Of a stretch of 64,000 bases of DNA, positions 59,389 through 64,000 are shown piece by piece; the first letter of the stretch is position 1, and each line of letters opens with the position of its first letter. Under the pieces are notes generated by a model. It was not told the DNA's origin, did not search any database, and was given only the letters and a program-made list of their open reading frames with translations. The stretch covers positions 1,017 to 65,016 of the forward strand of contig PKTF01000064.1 in the NCBI GenBank assembly GCA_002869275.1, given 5' to 3'. Source of the DNA: Ignavibacteria bacterium (GTDB taxonomy: Bacteria; Bacteroidota; Ignavibacteria; SZUA-365). A program made the translations under genes and the position numbers.

Positions 59389-60674
59389 TCGCGTTTCTTC
59401 CAGAGATTTCGCAAACGCTCCCGCATGCGCTCTTCGCGACCTTCGGATGAGGGGTGGTAGTATTGTTTACTGCCAAGTTCTTCGGGCAGGTACTCCTGCT
59501 CGGTGAAATGTCCCGGAAAATCATGAGCGTATTTGTACCCCTTGCCATAGCCCTGTGATTTCATGAGGCTTGTAGGGGCGTTGCGAAGATGCAATGGAAC
59601 CGCGTAGGGTGGAAGCTGTTTGACGTCCTGCATGGCCTTGCCGATCGCCATGTACGCCGCGTTGCTCTTTTGGGCTGCGGCCAGGTATGTTGTTGCCTGT
59701 GACAGCACGATGCGTGCCTCCGGCATGCCGATGGCGTGCACGGCCTGGTATGCCGAGGTGGCGAGCAGCAGGGCGTTGGGATCGGCGTTCCCGATATCTT
59801 CCGATGCGAGTATGATCAGACGCCGGGCGATGAAGAGTGGATCTTCGCCGCCCTCGAGCATGCGAGCCATCCAGTAGAGAGCCGCATCGGGATCGCTGCC
59901 GCGGACGGACTTGATGAATGCGGAAATGATGTTGTAATGTTCTTCACCACCCTTGTCGTATTTCGCAAACGCACGCTGGAACGCTTCTTCGAGTACTGTT
60001 TGCGAGATGTGCACCTTCCCGTCCTCCTCGGCAAGCAGGCAGCACATCTCGAGTCCGTTCAGGAGACTGCGGGCGTCTCCGCCGCTGTATGCGATGAGCA
60101 TGTCCCGGTCATCGAACTCCACGGCGAGAGTTTTCAGGTACTCATCAGTCTCCAGAGCTCGGTCCAGCAGTGTTGACAGTTCCTCGATGGTCAGGGGATT
60201 GAGGACGAAGGTCCTCGCCCGTGATCGGAGTGGAGGAATGATTTCGAAGGACGGGTTTTCTGTCGTAGCTCCGATAAGGATGATGTCGCCGTGCTCAACT
60301 GCTTGCAGGAGCGCGTCTTGCTGGGCTTTGTTAAAGCGGTGAATCTCGTCAATGAAGAGCACGGTCTGAAGCTGGGCGAGTTCATAGCGCCGTTTTCTGG
60401 CTGTGTCGATCACCTGGCGCACATCTTTCACACCGGAGGAGACAGCGGTCAGCTGCTCAAACCGGGCTTCGACGCGTGAGGAGAGAAGTTGAGCGAGGGA
60501 GGTTTTTCCGGATCCAGGGGGGCCCCATAAGATCATACTCAGAAGCGCACCGCGTGAGAGCATCTGGTAGATCGGTTTGCCTTTCCCCACGAGGTGCAGC
60601 TGCCCCACATAATGCTCGAGTTCAGTGGGCCGCATGCGTTCAGCGAGTGGGGTGTCAGGAAGAGAGGCCGCCAT
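59382..60674 (-). CDS. rarA: replication-associated recombination protein A (AAA+)
   Basis: Walker A GPPGSGKTS, Walker B VLFIDEIHR, MgsA C-terminal domain; ATG at 60674 trims the ORF-track N-terminal extension. Confidence 0.85.
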   Translation of the reverse strand: MAASLPDTPLAERMRPTELEHYVGQLHLVGKGKPIYQMLSRGALLSMILWGPPGSGKTSLAQLLSSRVEARFEQLTAVSSGVKDVRQVIDTARKRRYELAQLQTVLFIDEIHRFNKAQQDALLQAVEHGDIILIGATTENPSFEIIPPLRSRARTFVLNPLTIEELSTLLDRALETDEYLKTLAVEFDDRDMLIAYSGGDARSLLNGLEMCCLLAEEDGKVHISQTVLEEAFQRAFAKYDKGGEEHYNIISAFIKSVRGSDPDAALYWMARMLEGGEDPLFIARRLIILASEDIGNADPNALLLATSAYQAVHAIGMPEARIVLSQATTYLAAAQKSNAAYMAIGKAMQDVKQLPPYAVPLHLRNAPTSLMKSQGYGKGYKYAHDFPGHFTEQEYLPEELGSKQYYHPSSEGREERMRERLRNLWKKRDY

Positions 60675-60681
60675 GACTGAC

Positions 60682-61416
60682 TCAGCGGGTGTCTTTTGCG
60701 GGTTTCGGAGGCCTGGCCTGGTTGAGCTTCCGTAGAGAATCCAGGCGACGCAGTGAATCAGCCGTCCTCGACGAATCGAGCGGAGTAAGTGGCCCTTCTT
60801 CATCCAGGAAGCCGCGAACTGTCGGTGCGTAGACTTTTTGATGCAGTCCTTCCGCATCCATGTCCTGCTCCGACCGCAAGGATTTATCGGCTGCACGAGA
60901 AGGCGCTTCACTGCCTCGCAGCCGGCCCGCATCCCGGCGTTCCATTGCATCTGACGAGGGTGACGGAGTAGCGTCCTTCACTTCTTTTGCAGCGTCATCT
61001 GAAGGGAGAAGCGACTGGGGAGTCGTCGGAGCAATCTCCAGCGTTTCGTTCGCTTCCTCCGTTTTTTCGATGTCTTCGCTTTGTTCAACAGGTGTATCGA
61101 ACATCTCGTCCTGGATGTCCTGCTCGACATCAGTGACATTGAATACATACACGGAGACAAAGAGTACCACGAAGGCGCCGACTGCACCGTAGGCGTATGC
61201 CGGCAGAGAAAACCCGCCATGAGCGGGCGAGCGAAAGAAGCGCTTCCACCAGGGCAATGCAGCTTGCTGCTCGAGTTCTTCGAGCTTACGCGAAAGGTGT
61301 GCCGAAAAGTCCATGGGAGCCGAGACTCGTGGCATCTGGCGAAGATCGTTCAGCAGGCGCTCCGGCTCGTGCATGGCGTCGCCTTGCTCTTTGCGGGTAT
61401 CGATGGAATCAGACAT
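60682..61416 (-). CDS. putative membrane-anchored anti-sigma factor
   Basis: directly downstream of the ECF sigma gene; single TM (AYAYGAVGAFVVLFVSVYVF); charged extracytoplasmic tail. Confidence 0.45.
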   Translation of the reverse strand: MSDSIDTRKEQGDAMHEPERLLNDLRQMPRVSAPMDFSAHLSRKLEELEQQAALPWWKRFFRSPAHGGFSLPAYAYGAVGAFVVLFVSVYVFNVTDVEQDIQDEMFDTPVEQSEDIEKTEEANETLEIAPTTPQSLLPSDDAAKEVKDATPSPSSDAMERRDAGRLRGSEAPSRAADKSLRSEQDMDAEGLHQKVYAPTVRGFLDEEGPLTPLDSSRTADSLRRLDSLRKLNQARPPKPAKDTR

Positions 61417-61433
61417 GACTGAGACTGGAGCAA

Positions 61434-62084
61434 TTATTCATAAACGTCTTTTAACAGGTCTTGGAGTTGCAGCCGTCCGCGGCTGATACGTGACTTCACG
61501 GTTCCGATCGGCATCTCCAGGATGGCCGCGATTTCTTCGTATGAAAGTTCCTGGATGTCGCGCATGATCACGGCTTCTCGGAAAACTTCCGGTAGTTCGA
61601 GCAACGCTTCCTGGATCCGGTCGTACACGATGCTGCTGTCCGCTGTGCGGTCGGGCAGGGGGTCGTCGGTCGACAGGGGAAGTGTGTATTCTTCGTTTTC
61701 ATCTCGCTGCTGTACCAGTCGTGTTGTCCGCTTACGATATCCTTTACGCAACTCACTCTTCGCGAGGTTCCCGGCGATGGTATAAACCCAGGTCGAGAAT
61801 TTTGCGATGGTTTTGTAGAGATGCTTCTTCTTGTACACACGAATGAACGTGTCCTGCAGGATATCCGCTGCATCATCCATGCTACCGACGAAGCGGTAGA
61901 TGAAGTTCATCAGGGGATCTTGAAAACGCTGCACGAGAATGTCAAACGCAGCGTGAACGTCCTGTTGAAACAGGAGCATCAATTCTTCATCTGACAGGGA
62001 TTCGAGGGTCACACGGTCCAGTGTTTTCTCCTCGATCAGTGCTTGTACTCTTTGTTCGAGCGAAAGTTCCTGCGTTTCAGGCAT
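61434..62084 (-). CDS. ECF-subfamily sigma-70 factor
   Basis: region 2 (FIYRFVGSMDDAADILQDTFIRVY) and region 4 HTH (LSYEEIAAILEMPIGTVKSRISRGR). Confidence 0.8.
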   Translation of the reverse strand: MPETQELSLEQRVQALIEEKTLDRVTLESLSDEELMLLFQQDVHAAFDILVQRFQDPLMNFIYRFVGSMDDAADILQDTFIRVYKKKHLYKTIAKFSTWVYTIAGNLAKSELRKGYRKRTTRLVQQRDENEEYTLPLSTDDPLPDRTADSSIVYDRIQEALLELPEVFREAVIMRDIQELSYEEIAAILEMPIGTVKSRISRGRLQLQDLLKDVYE

Positions 62085-62111
62085 GAATTATCCGAGGGAT
62101 TCGTTTCGACG

Positions 62112-63155
62112 TTAGGAGTGTGTCAGCTCGCTGACCAGCCGGGTGACGGCGATCTGCGAATTGTCAGGCAGTGACTTGATTGACAGGTCTGTTTCCAGAA
62201 TATATTCAAAACAGCGCTCAAAATATGCCGGATCGGGAAAGTTTTTTACGTATTTCCGAATGTTTTCAACCTGCCAGCCCCAGACCAGTCCTACCGAACG
62301 CGCCTGTTCATCTGTGCAGCGGCCATGCAGCTGGAGGCTGCGGACGCGCCAGAGCTGCGTCAGCTGCCGTGAAAGGACGTTCACGATCATGACAGGTTCT
62401 TCCGTTCCGAGAAGATGATGCAGGATCTCCTGCGCTTTTCGTGGATTGCGTTCAAGGACGGCGTTTGTCAGTTCGAATACGTTGTACTGCCGTGAAGCGC
62501 CGAGGAGGTTGTAAATATCGTCGGCTTCGATCGATTCGGCATCTTTTCGAGCAGTCAGCAGTTTTTCAATTTCCGAAGCGAGTTCCCGTGCCCCGTTTCC
62601 GCACAGTGCGTGCATAACCGTGACAGCTTCCGGAGAGATCTTCTTTCCGGCATCCGCGAAGGACTGTGCAATCCATTTCTGTGCGACATTGTCTTTGAAC
62701 GCCTTGAATTCCACCGCCGCACCAACAGGACTGGATGAACGATCCTGCTGCTGGAGCCATGCAGGAATGTCAATGCTCCCGTCCTTTGCCGGACGTTTAC
62801 GCGCACGCCCCGGCTTCAGGGAGCCGGCGCAGAGCAGCAGGACCGTCTCTGTTGCGGGATTCTGGACGTATTTCCCGAGAGAGGGCTTCTTGAGCAGCGG
62901 ATCGGCATCCCTCACGAGAATGACACGCCGTTCAGACATGAACGGAAACTCGATGGCCGCCGCGACGATTTCCTCGGCTTTGTGGTCACTTCCACGGAAG
63001 ACGTGATAATTGAAAGAGGGATCGCCGTCTCCCAGCGCTGCCTGTTTCAACGCGGTCGCGTTCTGCTCCACGAGATACTCTTCCTCCCCGTATAGAAGAT
63101 ATACGGGGAGGAATGTATTTTTAGCGATATGTGAGGCGATCAGCTTGTGCGTCAC
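62112..63155 (-). CDS. holA: DNA polymerase III delta subunit
   Basis: N-terminal LPVYLLYGEEEYL motif and overall HolA layout; GTG start. Confidence 0.75.
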   Translation of the reverse strand: MTHKLIASHIAKNTFLPVYLLYGEEEYLVEQNATALKQAALGDGDPSFNYHVFRGSDHKAEEIVAAAIEFPFMSERRVILVRDADPLLKKPSLGKYVQNPATETVLLLCAGSLKPGRARKRPAKDGSIDIPAWLQQQDRSSSPVGAAVEFKAFKDNVAQKWIAQSFADAGKKISPEAVTVMHALCGNGARELASEIEKLLTARKDAESIEADDIYNLLGASRQYNVFELTNAVLERNPRKAQEILHHLLGTEEPVMIVNVLSRQLTQLWRVRSLQLHGRCTDEQARSVGLVWGWQVENIRKYVKNFPDPAYFERCFEYILETDLSIKSLPDNSQIAVTRLVSELTHS

Positions 63156-63172
63156 GGTCTTGCCGAACAGAG

Positions 63173-63763
63173 TTACTTGATCGTCACCGACTTCATCACA
63201 ACATCTTCCACGGGGCGATCTCCAGGCTGCGTCTTTACGTTGGCGATCGCGTCGACGGTTTCAATCCCGTTGATGACACGGCCGAAGATCGTATAGTTGG
63301 GAGGCAGGGCATAGTCCGCATGCATGATGAAGAACTGGCTGCCGTTGGTGTTCGGACCGGCATTCGCCATGGCCATGATCCCGCGCGTGTAGCCGATCTT
63401 CGTGTAGAGGTCGGAGGACGAATCGATTTCGTCGTCGAAGCGCGCACCGTAAATGCTTTCACCGCCCCGGCCGGTGCCCGTGGGGTCACCGCCCTGGATC
63501 ATGAAGCCCTTGATGACGCGGTGAAAAAGGACACCATTGTAGTATCCGTTCTTCGCGTGCTGCACAAAATTTTCCACGGTTTTCGGTGCGTCTTCACGGA
63601 AAAATTCGATTTCCATGGTTCCATGATTCGTCTCGATGACTGCAATTTCCTTTTCCACGTCTGCTGCCTCCTTGGTGGTCTGTTCTGTATTCTGAGCCTG
63701 TCCCTGCAGCGCGAGGGCGCCGGTAAGAAGCAGGATGGTGATCAGATTGCGGATGTACTTCAT
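63173..63763 (-). CDS. cyclophilin-type peptidyl-prolyl cis-trans isomerase, periplasmic
   Basis: signal peptide; FHRVIKGFMIQGGDP cyclophilin signature. Confidence 0.85.
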   Translation of the reverse strand: MKYIRNLITILLLTGALALQGQAQNTEQTTKEAADVEKEIAVIETNHGTMEIEFFREDAPKTVENFVQHAKNGYYNGVLFHRVIKGFMIQGGDPTGTGRGGESIYGARFDDEIDSSSDLYTKIGYTRGIMAMANAGPNTNGSQFFIMHADYALPPNYTIFGRVINGIETVDAIANVKTQPGDRPVEDVVMKSVTIK

Positions 63764-63775
63764 GTTTTACCTCGT

Positions 63776-64000
63776 CTATGGTTGGAGAAATCCAAAAAAT
63801 ACCAAAATGAGAATGGCCGCACCGACAACAATGCGGTATCCGATAAAAAGCCATGTGCTGTGACTGCGAAGATATCGCAGCAGAAATTCAATCGACAGGT
63901 ATCCCACGACTCCCGACACGACGACGGCGACCAGCAGGGCCATACCGAAATCCCCGGCAAGCTGATCCCGAAGCTCGTACAGCTGGTAGAGTCCGCTCAG
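63776..64000 (-). CDS. uppP: undecaprenyl-diphosphatase, C-terminal 74 codons (rest outside window)
   Basis: minus-strand translation from the window edge gives ...FGMALLVAVVVSGVVGYLSIEFLLRYLRSHSTWLFIGYRIVVGAAILILVF*, typical of the BacA/UppP C-terminus; different frame from listed ORF 63760-63960. Confidence 0.6.
   Translation of the reverse strand: MSGLYQLYELRDQLAGDFGMALLVAVVVSGVVGYLSIEFLLRYLRSHSTWLFIGYRIVVGAAILILVFFGFLQP

Noticed and set aside
59382-60950. 522-aa rarA ORF with 92-aa N-terminal extension, and similar long N-terminal extensions on hoxH, hoxU, tsaD, the PhoH gene and the dCMP deaminase gene
   Set aside because: Longest-ORF artefacts. Internal ATGs give canonical N-termini and tight 4-8 nt couplings with upstream genes.
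63760-63960. 66-aa minus-strand ORF at the window end
   Set aside because: Another frame on the same strand reads as a canonical UppP/BacA C-terminus continuing beyond the window. The listed ORF has no homology features.

Overview
This is a 64-kb, GC-rich (roughly 55-60% by eye), gene-dense chromosomal window with no rRNA, CRISPR or obvious mobile elements. The lineage looks FCB-group-like: a T9SS C-terminal sorting domain, a complete MoxR/vWA Bat-type operon and ileS-dksA-lspA synteny. Unlike classic Bacteroidia, many genes have clear Shine-Dalgarno sites (GGAGG). Most content is housekeeping: ileS (3' part), lspA, rluD, glgB plus a GH13 debranching enzyme, cdd and dCMP deaminase, deoC, tsaD, mltG, rpsU, efp, accBC, gcvH, guaA, radC, rarA, holA, a cyclophilin, an ECF sigma/anti-sigma pair and a uppP fragment. 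The most distinctive blocks are: (1) a histone H1-like lysine/alanine repeat tail fused to a DksA/TraR zinc finger in the conserved ileS-lspA slot; (2) a complete, translationally coupled hoxEFUYH group-3d NAD(P)-linked [NiFe] hydrogenase operon with no maturation genes in the window, plus an orphan nikR about 26 kb away; (3) an orphan radical-SAM/SPASM-like enzyme next to an AlbA_2 (Schlafen-like) DNA-binding protein, immediately upstream of the 8-gene MoxR-DUF58-BatABCDE cluster, which is followed by two tandem paralogous small beta-barrel outer-membrane proteins; (4) an uncharacterised four-gene envelope cluster (two novel lipoproteins, a FemAB/CelD-like acyltransferase and a TonB-dependent-receptor-like barrel); (5) a GalT-like HIT-superfamily enzyme embedded in an rpsU-tsaD-mltG operon. 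Several start codons were re-assigned by eye relative to the longest-ORF track; a number are GTG/TTG, and several adjacent genes overlap by 4-14 nt (ATGA/GTGA junctions). All calls are motif-based readings of the translated ORFs and have not been confirmed by database searches.
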